From contig JAJRPL010000222.1 in NCBI GenBank assembly GCA_024280815.1, forward strand, positions 1 through 38,115: 38,115 bases of DNA, in the 5' to 3' direction. This stretch comes from Bacteroidota bacterium. Its GTDB lineage: Bacteria > Bacteroidota > Bacteroidia > Flavobacteriales > Flavobacteriaceae. The notes below the pieces were generated by a model. It ran no database searches. It was not told the origin of the DNA and saw only the letters and a program-made list of their open reading frames with translations. Shown piece by piece: positions 28,805 through 37,979 of this stretch. Every line of letters starts with the position of its first letter. Within the stretch, counting starts at the first letter, position 1. The translations under genes were made by a program, and so were the position numbers.

Positions 28805-30379
28805 ATGAAACAGGGTAACAAATATAGAACTAATGTAATTCCTGCTTTTATAAGAGACTTACATCTTTATTCATTTTTAGTATTTATCCTATTAAGTAAT
28901 ATATTCTTTAGCTGTAAAAAAACTAAAGTAGATAATAAGGCTATTATAGATGCAATTGAAAAGAACAAAAAACCAAATATTCTATTTATCTCTGTAGATG
29001 ATCTAAATACAACTATTGGTTATTATGGTAATGCACAAATAAAAACACCTCAGATAGATAAATTGGCAAGCCAAGGTACGGCATTTGTCAATAATCATTG
29101 TCAACAAGCCTTATGTGGTCCGTCTAGAGCGAGTATTCTTTCAGGTTTACGACCTGATAATGGTAAGATATGGGAGCTGTTTACACAAGTTCGTGAAGCA
29201 AATCCGTCAATGGTATCTATACCAGAACATTTAAGAAAGTTTGGTTATGAAACTGGTGGGAGTGGTAAAGTATTTGATGGAAGTACAGTAGATGATAAAA
29301 GAGATAGTCTCTCATGGAGCATTCCGTTTGTAAAACCAAAAGGAACTAGATGGTTAGAACATACAGAAATTGATCGTTTTTCAGGAGTAAATACAGGTGT
29401 TAAAAATGTGCCTTTTGAAGCTCCAGACCAACCAGAATCAGAATTTTTAGATGCAAAAATTGTAGATGAAGGTATAAAATTATTAGACACAATGGCTAAA
29501 GGCAATAAACCATTTTTCTTGGCTGTTGGGATTAAAAAACCACATTTGCCTTTCGTAGCTCCCAAAAAATATTGGGATTTGTATAACAGAGATTCTATTA
29601 AAATTGCCAAGGTGCAAGAATTTCCTAAAAGCATACCGTATTTCCATTTTCAACCTTCATGGGAGTTACGTAGTGGTTATGCACCCATCCCTAAAAATGA
29701 CCCATTACCTATTGCCATGCAAAAAGAATTAAAACACGGCTATTATGCCTGTATTTCACATGCTGATAATCAAGTAGGGAGGTTATTAGATGCTCTAGAT
29801 GAGCTAGGGCTTAGAGAAAATACCATTGTAGTGCTTTGGAGTGATCATGGGTATCACTTAGGCGATCATGCCATGTGGAATAAATTCACAAACCTAGAAC
29901 AAGCTACTGCTACACCGTTATTAATTTCTGCCCCAGGTTACACATTGAATAACAAAACAAAATCACCAACTGAATTGGTAGATGTTTTTCCAACCTTATG
30001 TGATTTACTAGGAATAGAAAAACCAAAAAATTTAGATGGTAAAAGTTTAGTCCCAATTCTTAAAAATGGAAAAGAAAAAGTAAAAGAGTTTGCCATGACA
30101 CAGTACCATAGAACCACAAAAGAAGGTGTAAAACTAGAAGGATATTCTATTAGAACAGAACACTATCGTTATACAGAATGGGTTAAAGAAATGTTTAAGA
30201 ATGGAGAAGGGAAATATGACTCTAAAAATGTATTTGCAACAGAATTTTATGATTATAAAAAAAATTTATTAGATACTGAGAATTTGATAAATAATAAAAA
30301 TTATAAAATAATTATTGATAGTATGAAAGTACATATGACCAATTATTTTAGATACGAAAACAAATTAGCAAATAATTAA
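28805..30379 (+). CDS. Formylglycine-dependent sulfatase (S1, iduronate-2-sulfatase-like), lipoprotein
   Basis: PNILFISVDDL, CGPSR (Cys-type CxPxR), KPHLPF, SDHGYHLG, WNK. Lipobox FFSC. Confidence 0.93.
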   Translation: MKQGNKYRTNVIPAFIRDLHLYSFLVFILLSNIFFSCKKTKVDNKAIIDAIEKNKKPNILFISVDDLNTTIGYYGNAQIKTPQIDKLASQGTAFVNNHCQQALCGPSRASILSGLRPDNGKIWELFTQVREANPSMVSIPEHLRKFGYETGGSGKVFDGSTVDDKRDSLSWSIPFVKPKGTRWLEHTEIDRFSGVNTGVKNVPFEAPDQPESEFLDAKIVDEGIKLLDTMAKGNKPFFLAVGIKKPHLPFVAPKKYWDLYNRDSIKIAKVQEFPKSIPYFHFQPSWELRSGYAPIPKNDPLPIAMQKELKHGYYACISHADNQVGRLLDALDELGLRENTIVVLWSDHGYHLGDHAMWNKFTNLEQATATPLLISAPGYTLNNKTKSPTELVDVFPTLCDLLGIEKPKNLDGKSLVPILKNGKEKVKEFAMTQYHRTTKEGVKLEGYSIRTEHYRYTEWVKEMFKNGEGKYDSKNVFATEFYDYKKNLLDTENLINNKNYKIIIDSMKVHMTNYFRYENKLANN

Positions 30380-30389
30380 TATTAAAAAT

Positions 30390-31253
30390 ATGAAAACAAC
30401 TTATACATTGAGTTTAGTCATTTCTTTCGCTATTTTATTTTCTTGTTCTCCTAAAGCAATAAAGAATAGTACTGATAGTACAATAAAAAAATATCAATTG
30501 GTTTGGGCAGATGAGTTTGATATAAATGGAAAACCTGATCCGTCAAAGTGGACTTACGAACTCGGTTTTGTTCGTGCCAACGAAAAACAATACTATACAG
30601 ATTCTTTAAATAATGTAAGAGTAGAAAACGGAACTTTAATTATTGAAGCACGTAAAGAGAAGATTAAAAATAATACACCTCCGTTTTTTGAAAGACCAAG
30701 TTATGTTGATGAAATTGAATATGCCGATTATACTTCGGCTAGTTTAACGACTCGAGGTGTTATAGATTGGCAATATGCGAAAATTGAAATCAAAGCCAAA
30801 CTCCCCAAAGGACGAGGTACTTGGCCTGCCTTTTGGATGCTGGGCAGAAATTGGGGAGACACACCATGGCCCGAATGTGGTGAAATTGATATTATGGAGC
30901 ATGTTGGGTATGACCCAGGCGTGGTACACGGCACCATCCATACCAAAGCCTATAATCATGTCTTAAAAACCCAAAAAGGAAAAACGACTAAAGTAGAAAA
31001 TGTTTTTGATGAATATCATGTTTACGGGTTGGAATGGACACCGGAAAAAATAGATTTTTTAGTTGACGGTAAAGTCTATAATAGTATTAAAAATGAACAT
31101 AAAACAATTGCAGAATGGCCATTTGACCAGAAATTTCATTTAAAGCTCAATGTTGCCGTTGGTGGTGGCTGGGGAGGACGAAAAGGCATTGATGACAGTA
31201 TTTTTCCGCAACAAATGCTTGTTGATTATGTACGTGTATATCAATTAAAATAA
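30390..31253 (+). CDS. GH16 lipoprotein (laminarinase/beta-glucanase-like single domain)
   Basis: Lipobox LFSC, LVWADEF, GTWPAFW, WPECGEIDIMEHVG, LNVAVGGGWGG, VDYVRVY. Confidence 0.93.
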   Translation: MKTTYTLSLVISFAILFSCSPKAIKNSTDSTIKKYQLVWADEFDINGKPDPSKWTYELGFVRANEKQYYTDSLNNVRVENGTLIIEARKEKIKNNTPPFFERPSYVDEIEYADYTSASLTTRGVIDWQYAKIEIKAKLPKGRGTWPAFWMLGRNWGDTPWPECGEIDIMEHVGYDPGVVHGTIHTKAYNHVLKTQKGKTTKVENVFDEYHVYGLEWTPEKIDFLVDGKVYNSIKNEHKTIAEWPFDQKFHLKLNVAVGGGWGGRKGIDDSIFPQQMLVDYVRVYQLK

Positions 31254-31269
31254 TTTAAAAAAAAATAAA

Positions 31270-32763
31270 ATGAAAATTAAAATCTTACTCTTAGTAGTAT
31301 TGCCTCTGTTTTTTTACGGATGTACAACAACAAAAGCTCAGGTTAAAAATAAGCAACCAGAGCAAAATGTAACAAAACAACGCAATGTTATTTTTATATT
31401 ATCTGATGATCATCGTTATGATTATATGGGATTTACAGGTAAAGTACCTTGGTTGAAAACGCCAAACATGGACAAACTAGCTAACGAAGGAGCTTATATG
31501 AAAAATGCTTTTGTTACAACATCATTATGTTCGCCAAGTAGAGCATCCATCTTAACTGGGCAATATTCTCATGTACATACTATTGTAGATAATTATGCAC
31601 CAGATCCTGGAAATCTTACTTATTTTCCTGAATATTTACAAAAAGCAGGATACCAAACTGCATTTTTTGGCAAATGGCATATGGGCGATCATTCTGATAA
31701 ACAACAACCAGGCTTTGATCATTGGGAAAGTTTTGCAGGGCAAGGTGTGTATTATGATGTAACACTTAATATTAATGGCAACCGAGTTACCTATAAAGAT
31801 TCTACTTATACTACAGATTTACTGACAGAACATACCATTGATTGGTTAGAAAAACGAGATAAAAACAAACCTTTTTTCGCTTATCTTTCACATAAAGCTG
31901 TACATGCAGCTTTTAAACCTGCAAAACGTCATAAAGGAATGTATAAAGGGAATAAAATTACTAGACCAAAAACCTTTGCACAAACAATCAATGATGAATA
32001 CAAAAAATTAAAATGGCCTGAGTGGGTAAAAGACCAACGACATAGCTGGCATGGTGTTGATTATATGTACCATCAAAAAACAGATTTAGACAGTATGGTA
32101 GTAGATTACACTGAAACTTTAATGGGAGTTGATGAGAGTATAGGTTCGGTGATGGATTGGCTCAAAGCTAATAATTTAGATGAAAACACTGTAGTTATTT
32201 ACATGGGTGATAACGGATTTAGCTGGGGTGAACATGGTTTAATAGATAAACGTCATGCTTATGAAGAGTCTATTAAAGTTCCTATGCTGGTACGATGTCC
32301 TGAACTTTTTGAAGGTGGTAAAATCATAAATGCTATGGTGCAAAATGTTGATATTGCTCCAACTATTTTAGAGTTAGCAAATGTTAATAAACCAGATAAT
32401 ATGTCAGGATATTCTTTTATAAGAGTGTTAAATGGAGATACTAAGAATTGGAGAAAAAAAATATTTTATGAATATTTTTGGGAATATGACTTTCCGATGA
32501 CCCCAACAGTTTTTGCTGTACGAACCGATAAATATAAATACATTAGATATTATGGAATTTGGGATAGTAATGAACTCTATGATTTAGAAAATGATCCAGA
32601 CGAAATGTACAATATTATTGAAAAACCAGAACACCAAGAATTAGTAAAAAGTTTAGCAGGTGAATTGTACGATTGGTTAGAAAAAACAAGAGGGATGAAT
32701 ATTCCACTAAAACGTACCATTAAATATCCTTGGGGCGATTATAAATATGAAAAACAATATTAA
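31270..32763 (+). CDS. Formylglycine-dependent sulfatase (S1, GlcNAc-6-sulfatase-like), lipoprotein
   Basis: NVIFILSDDHR, CSPSRASILTG, FGKWH, HKAVH, GDNGF..GEHGLIDKR. Lipobox FYGC. Confidence 0.93.
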   Translation: MKIKILLLVVLPLFFYGCTTTKAQVKNKQPEQNVTKQRNVIFILSDDHRYDYMGFTGKVPWLKTPNMDKLANEGAYMKNAFVTTSLCSPSRASILTGQYSHVHTIVDNYAPDPGNLTYFPEYLQKAGYQTAFFGKWHMGDHSDKQQPGFDHWESFAGQGVYYDVTLNINGNRVTYKDSTYTTDLLTEHTIDWLEKRDKNKPFFAYLSHKAVHAAFKPAKRHKGMYKGNKITRPKTFAQTINDEYKKLKWPEWVKDQRHSWHGVDYMYHQKTDLDSMVVDYTETLMGVDESIGSVMDWLKANNLDENTVVIYMGDNGFSWGEHGLIDKRHAYEESIKVPMLVRCPELFEGGKIINAMVQNVDIAPTILELANVNKPDNMSGYSFIRVLNGDTKNWRKKIFYEYFWEYDFPMTPTVFAVRTDKYKYIRYYGIWDSNELYDLENDPDEMYNIIEKPEHQELVKSLAGELYDWLEKTRGMNIPLKRTIKYPWGDYKYEKQY

Positions 32764-32766
32764 TAA

Positions 32767-33771
32767 ATGATAAAATATTTTGCTTTTATACTATGCTTTA
32801 TGGTTAGTGGAAGTTTGTTTTCGCAAACAAAACTTATTCTTGATACCGATTTTAGTGGCGATGCAGATGATTTAGGAGCTTTAGTAATGCTTCATCATTT
32901 TATTGATAAAAACGAATGTGAATTGCTTGGAATTATGAGCTGGTCTAATGAACAATATGCTGTCGCAGGAATAGATGCAGTTAATCGATTTTATAAGCAT
33001 CCTAACATTCCTATTGGCTCTAGAAAAGTACCTATTCACCGTCAAGAATGGTGTTATGGTAAAGCCATTACAGATGATTTTCCACATAAATTAAATAATA
33101 AAACTGCCGCTGATGCGACACTACTTTACAGACAGTTATTAGTAAAAAGTGATGATGCCAGTATCAAAATTGTAACTATTGGTCCGTTAAAGAATATTGA
33201 AAACTTACTGAATTCTAAGCCAGATTCTATATCAGATTTATCAGGAAAAGAGCTTATAGAAAAAAAAGTGAAAGAATTTGTTATTATGGGTGGGCGTTTT
33301 CCTAAGGGAAAAAAAGAATGGAATTTTGATGGAGAAATGAAAGGGGTAACTAAATTTGTAATTAGAAATATTAAAACACCTATAACCTTTATAGGAGCTG
33401 AATTGGGCGAGCATATTAAAACAGGCGAAGTATTTAATACTATAGATAAAAAAACACCTCTATATGTTGGTTTTATGCATTTTAGTAAAAATGCTCCTTG
33501 GGTAAAGAGTAATTTTAAAGGGGAAATTTTAGACAATGCTACCTATGACCAATTAGCTATCCTATATGTAGTTAGAAGTGAAGTAGATGACTATTGGACT
33601 AGAATAGAAGATGGATATTGTAAACCTGATAATAAAGGAGGAAATGTATGGATAACTAAAAAATCTTGTGACACAACAAAATTTAAGCATTCTTACCTAA
33701 AATTATCAATAAAAAATAAAATAATGGAAGGCATCGTAGAGTCTTTGATGCTAAATAAATTTAATAAATAA
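32767..33771 (+). CDS. Exported nucleoside-hydrolase-family (IU-NH fold) protein
   Basis: Signal peptide, ILDTDFSGDADD aspartate cluster, IGPLKN, VIMGG, EWNF, YD. Confidence 0.85.
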   Translation: MIKYFAFILCFMVSGSLFSQTKLILDTDFSGDADDLGALVMLHHFIDKNECELLGIMSWSNEQYAVAGIDAVNRFYKHPNIPIGSRKVPIHRQEWCYGKAITDDFPHKLNNKTAADATLLYRQLLVKSDDASIKIVTIGPLKNIENLLNSKPDSISDLSGKELIEKKVKEFVIMGGRFPKGKKEWNFDGEMKGVTKFVIRNIKTPITFIGAELGEHIKTGEVFNTIDKKTPLYVGFMHFSKNAPWVKSNFKGEILDNATYDQLAILYVVRSEVDDYWTRIEDGYCKPDNKGGNVWITKKSCDTTKFKHSYLKLSIKNKIMEGIVESLMLNKFNK

Positions 33772-33777
33772 TTAAAA

Positions 33778-34521
33778 ATGACAAAAGTAACTGAATTAGA
33801 AATTGCAAAAATGATTGATCACTCATTATTACATCCAACAATGACAGATGATATCTTAAAAGATGGTTGTGAAATTTCAAAACAATACAATGTTGCATCG
33901 GTTTGTATCAAACCTTATGCTGTAAAAATGGCTGTTGAATTATTAAATGGAACTGATGTTATGGTGGGTACCGTAATTGGTTTCCCACATGGTAGTAATA
34001 CTGTAAGAGTAAAGGTGTTTGAAACAGAAGAAGCTATTAAAGATGGGGCTGTAGAAATAGATATGGTGGTCAATATAGGTAAAGTATTATGTGAAGACTG
34101 GGCTTATGTAGAAGATGAAATAAATCAAATTCATCAAGTTTGTAAAAAAGGCAATGCAGCTTTAAAAGTAATTTTTGAAAACGATTTCTTACCAGAAGAT
34201 AAATACAAAATAAAATTGTGTGAAATTTGTAGTAAGATAGATGTAGCTTTTGTAAAAACATCTACAGGATATGGAATGGTAAAACAACCAGACGGTTCTT
34301 ACAATTACAAAGGAGCTACAGAACACGATTTAAAACTTATGCGTAAACATACTGCAGACCATATAGAAGTTAAAGCAGCTGGTGGTGTTCGCACATTAGA
34401 AGATACCTTGAAAGTTAGATCTTGGGGGGTTACTAGAATTGGTGCAACGGCTACAGAAACAATTGTTTCTGCTGTAAGTGGAAATGCTGTAAGTGGCTAT
34501 GATGATCCTAGTGGTTATTAA
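33778..34521 (+). CDS. deoC: Deoxyribose-phosphate aldolase family (class I)
   Basis: IDHSLL, VIGFPHG, EIDMVVN, LKVIFE, FVKTSTG (Schiff-base Lys), VKAAGGVR, RIGA. Confidence 0.93.
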   Translation: MTKVTELEIAKMIDHSLLHPTMTDDILKDGCEISKQYNVASVCIKPYAVKMAVELLNGTDVMVGTVIGFPHGSNTVRVKVFETEEAIKDGAVEIDMVVNIGKVLCEDWAYVEDEINQIHQVCKKGNAALKVIFENDFLPEDKYKIKLCEICSKIDVAFVKTSTGYGMVKQPDGSYNYKGATEHDLKLMRKHTADHIEVKAAGGVRTLEDTLKVRSWGVTRIGATATETIVSAVSGNAVSGYDDPSGY

Positions 34522-34526
34522 AACTT

Positions 34527-34559
34527 AAAGCGTTTGGCATTTTTAATGCCAAACGCTTT
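34527..34559 (+). terminator. 15-bp perfect stem-loop between deoC and GH9
   Basis: AAAGCGTTTGGCATT-ttt-AATGCCAAACGCTTT. No long U tract, so it may be leaky or stabilising. Confidence 0.7.
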
Positions 34560-34575
34560 GCTAAAAAAAATAAGA

Positions 34576-36381
34576 ATGAAGATGTGTAGCATTAAAATAG
34601 GAGTTTTAGTACTTATAAGTACAATCATTTTAAACTGTGCGAGTATTCCGAAAACAGAAAAGGAGACTCGTGGGAAGTTATTAATAAACCATGTAAGCTA
34701 TCCTGAAATTGGAGAAAAGAAAGTGGTGTTTCAAACCCTTACTGAAAATACTCCAACTAAATTTAATGTAGTAAATCAAGAAGGTAAAACAGTTTTTAAA
34801 GGTGTGTTTAATAGTGGAGGCAAAGTAGATAATTGGCATACAGGTAAAGCCTTTGCAGGTCTATTTAGTTCAGTGATAACCCCCGGGAAATATAAAATAA
34901 CTACCAAATTTAATAAGAAGATTATTACATCAGAAACTTTTGAAATCAAACAGTATAATATTCTTGAAAAAGCATTGCCATTGTTATTGAAAGGCTTACA
35001 GTCTGCTCATCCTGAACAAAAAATTAAAGATTGGGATTCAAAGGTACCTTTTTTTGGTACACGAAAAGATTCAGTTGACGTTCATGGAGGTTGGTATGAC
35101 GCCTCTGCAGATGCAGGTAAATGTTTATCTCATTTAGGCTATAGTAATTATCTAACTCCACAACAAACGCCTTTAGTAGTATATAATTTATTAGTTTCTG
35201 CAGAAAAATATCAAAATAGAAAAGGAGCTGATCTTAGCTTAGTTAACGATTTGATAAAAGAAGCGATGTATGGCGGAGATTTTTTAGTAAGAATGCAAGA
35301 TGATGAAGGCTATTTTTATACCAATATTTTTGATAATTGGACAGGAGACCATACCAAACGAGAAATTTGTGCATACGAAACACTAGCAGGAACAAAAACA
35401 GAGAATTACCAAGCAGCATTTCGTGAAGGTGGCGGAATTGCGATTGCTGCATTAGCAAGGTTAAGTACTGTAGGCTCAGGAGAATTTAGTGCTAAAACTT
35501 ATCTAGAAAAAGCAGAAAAAGGGTTTCAGCATTTATTTTTAGGTAACGTAAGGTATTGTGATGATGGTAAAGAAAATATTATTGATGATTATTGTGCTTT
35601 AATGGCGGTATGTGAATTGTACAAGGCTACCAAAAAGAGTAAGTATTTAGATTTTGCCCAAGAAAGAGCACTACATTTAGTTTATAGATTAAGTGGTGAT
35701 GTAAATTATACGGGTTGGTTTAATGCAAATGAAGTTAGAGTTAATGAAGAGAGGCGTCCGTATTATCATGCTGCTGAAGCAGGCTATCCTATTATCGCAT
35801 TATGTAATTATTTAGAAATAGAAAAAAATAAATTTTTAAGAGACAAGACTATTTCTGTCATACAGAGAGCAATAACTTTTGAGCTTACAATCACCAATGA
35901 AGTTCATAATCCGTTTGGTTATCCGAGACAATATGTAAAAGCAACTGATGAAGATACTAAAAAATCAACATTTTTTATGCCACATCAAAATGAAACTGGG
36001 TATTGGTATCAAGGTGAGAATGCAAGAATTGCATCACTAGCAGCGGCATTTAATATCGCAAAACCCTATATGTTACCTGAGCAGAAACAACAAACACAAG
36101 CCTATGTGCAAAATCAAATCAATTGGATATTAGGGTTAAATCCTTATGATATGAGTATGCTAGAAGGTTTAGGTCGTAATAACCCGAAACATATCAATCA
36201 ATACAATAGAAATTACCTTGGAGGAATTGCCAATGGAATAACGTCAGGAGTGAAAGATGAATCTGATATTGCTTTTTTACCTGAGGAGTTTAAAAGCGAT
36301 TTAGCAATGAACTGGCGATGGACAGAACAATGGATACCTCATGCAGGTTGGTTTATGTTGATGATTACAACTCTTGAATAA
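34576..36381 (+). CDS. GH9 lipoprotein resembling Vibrionaceae exo-beta-D-glucosaminidase/chitobiase
   Basis: DVHGGWYDASAD..K.LSHL..SNYLTPQQTP, ENIIDDYCAL, FFMPHQNETGYWYQGENAR, WILGLNPYD, GGIANGIT, WRWTEQWIPH. Start moved to ATG 34576 (34582 also possible). Lipobox ILNC. Confidence 0.85.
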   Translation: MKMCSIKIGVLVLISTIILNCASIPKTEKETRGKLLINHVSYPEIGEKKVVFQTLTENTPTKFNVVNQEGKTVFKGVFNSGGKVDNWHTGKAFAGLFSSVITPGKYKITTKFNKKIITSETFEIKQYNILEKALPLLLKGLQSAHPEQKIKDWDSKVPFFGTRKDSVDVHGGWYDASADAGKCLSHLGYSNYLTPQQTPLVVYNLLVSAEKYQNRKGADLSLVNDLIKEAMYGGDFLVRMQDDEGYFYTNIFDNWTGDHTKREICAYETLAGTKTENYQAAFREGGGIAIAALARLSTVGSGEFSAKTYLEKAEKGFQHLFLGNVRYCDDGKENIIDDYCALMAVCELYKATKKSKYLDFAQERALHLVYRLSGDVNYTGWFNANEVRVNEERRPYYHAAEAGYPIIALCNYLEIEKNKFLRDKTISVIQRAITFELTITNEVHNPFGYPRQYVKATDEDTKKSTFFMPHQNETGYWYQGENARIASLAAAFNIAKPYMLPEQKQQTQAYVQNQINWILGLNPYDMSMLEGLGRNNPKHINQYNRNYLGGIANGITSGVKDESDIAFLPEEFKSDLAMNWRWTEQWIPHAGWFMLMITTLE

Positions 36382-36416
36382 ACAGATTTAAATAACCACT
36401 AAAAAAAATATTAAAA

Positions 36417-37421
36417 ATGAACAGTTTAGAAAGATATCTTAAAACCATTAAAGGAGAACCAGTTGATCATTTGGCAAGAATACCAATAGTAATGCAATTT
36501 GCTGCAGAATATATCGATTCCAATTATGGAAAATTTGCTTCTGATTATAATGTGCTTGTTGAAGCAAATATACGTTGTGCAGAAGATTTTGGTTTTGATC
36601 AATTAAGTGCAATTTCAGACCCTTATCGCGAAACTCAGGGTTTTGGTGCAGAAATAGAATATGTAGAAAATGGTGTGCCAAGATGTGTTACTTTACCATT
36701 AAAAAACAAAGATTTAAGTACATTAAAAAAGCCCGACCCGTACTCATCTGAACGGATGTTTGATAGAATGAAAGCTATCCAACTATACAAAGAAAAAGCC
36801 TATGGAAAGTTTTCAATAATGGGCTGGGTAGAAGGACCTGCTGCCGAAGCTGCTGATGTTTATGGCTTAACAGAATTTTATATGGATGTCATGTTAGATT
36901 CTAATTTTATGGAAGAATTAATGGATAAAGTGACTGATACAGCTATTGAATTTGCATTAGCTCAGCTAAAAGAAGGGGCAGACACTATTGGTATTGGCGA
37001 TGCAGTTTGTAGTCAAGTATCACCAGATGTATATGAAGAATTGATTTTGCCACGTGAAAAAAGATTGGTAGATGCTATCAAAAAAGAAGGAGGTTATGTA
37101 CGCTTACATATTTGCGGAAACATTACTCACTTGTTACCTGGCATTGCTACCTTAGGAATAGATATTTTAGATGTTGATCATATGGTAGATATGCAAGAAG
37201 CAAGAGAAATTCTAGGAAATAAAATAATACTTGCTGGTAATATTGACCCCGTTAGCGGAGTAAAAGATGGTAATCCAGAAACTATATCAAACTATATGAG
37301 TACTACTTATATAGCCGTAGGTAATCCATTAATGGTCTGTGCTGGCTGTGAGATTCCATCAAAAACACCTAATGAAAATTTAAAATCATTGTGTGCACCG
37401 ATAGCCTATATTAATGAGTAA
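36417..37421 (+). CDS. URO-D/MtaA-CmuA (methylcobamide:thiol methyltransferase-like) family protein
   Basis: GPAAEA, GADTIGIGD, SPDVYEE...P, LHICG and AGCEIP (H-x-C...C zinc site), GNIDP. Lacks the HemE W.MRQAGR signature. Confidence 0.82.
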   Translation: MNSLERYLKTIKGEPVDHLARIPIVMQFAAEYIDSNYGKFASDYNVLVEANIRCAEDFGFDQLSAISDPYRETQGFGAEIEYVENGVPRCVTLPLKNKDLSTLKKPDPYSSERMFDRMKAIQLYKEKAYGKFSIMGWVEGPAAEAADVYGLTEFYMDVMLDSNFMEELMDKVTDTAIEFALAQLKEGADTIGIGDAVCSQVSPDVYEELILPREKRLVDAIKKEGGYVRLHICGNITHLLPGIATLGIDILDVDHMVDMQEAREILGNKIILAGNIDPVSGVKDGNPETISNYMSTTYIAVGNPLMVCAGCEIPSKTPNENLKSLCAPIAYINE

Positions 37422-37681
37422 ATATAAAATTTGTTTAGTATTCAATAGAGAACAAATCCATTAAATGACGGAAGAATTTGTAGAATTCTAAATAATTGGA
37501 GTAATGAAAACTATATTGATCCTCCAACAATTAGCATTTCAGAGGCGTCTAAATACAGTTACGTTTGAAGATGGAAGACATAGTACTAAACTTTCCTATT
37601 TTTTAAATTTTGAAGAAATACCTGTAGCAATTTAGAAAAGACTTAGATATTATACAAAAAGCAATCTTAAGAAGATCTATG

Positions 37682-37736
37682 GTATAAAATCATAGCTTTT
37701 TGTAGCATAAGCAACACAAAAAGCTACGATTTATAC
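37682..37736. terminator. Long imperfect hairpin between convergent genes
   Basis: GTATAAAATCATAGCTTTTTGT ... ACAAAAAGCTACGATTTATAC, about 21-bp stem with one bulge and one mismatch. Confidence 0.6.
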
Positions 37737-37748
37737 ACTAAACGTTCC

Positions 37749-37979
37749 TCATTTTTTTTCAAACCAAAATTCACCATTTTCTAAACTATACGTATAACCT
37801 GCTTCGGTTGCAGCTTCTTTTATTGCTGCCTGCAACATTACTTTTGGTTCAGGACTCACATCTAACCTTCTCATTAAACCATGACCAACTTCTCCATTTA
37901 TTTTTAAAGAAACTTTTAAACCTCTACGTTTTACTTTAACTTCATATTCACCTTCAACCTTGGTATTAAATGGCTTTAA
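37749..37979 (-). pseudogene. 3' fragment of an unidentified gene lacking its start (probably IS-interrupted)
   Basis: Open frame LKPFNTKVEGEYEVKVKRRGLKVSLKINGEVGHGLMRRLDVSPEPKVMLQAAIKEAATEAGYTYSLENGEFWFEKK* ends at TGA 37749, just before the hairpin. There is no upstream ATG in frame. Confidence 0.5.

Noticed and set aside
34534-34575. TTG start for GH9
   Set aside because: Lies inside the intergenic hairpin. A downstream ATG gives a proper lipoprotein signal.
136-36681. Numerous 60-136 aa ORFs overlapping larger genes (e.g. 136-324, 27327-27692, 29245-29634, 33126-33536)
   Set aside because: Antisense or off-frame shadows of well-supported genes, with no motifs or independent expression signals.
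36417-37421. Annotation as hemE
   Set aside because: Lacks the W.MRQAGR porphyrinogen-binding motif and has an MtaA-type zinc motif instead.
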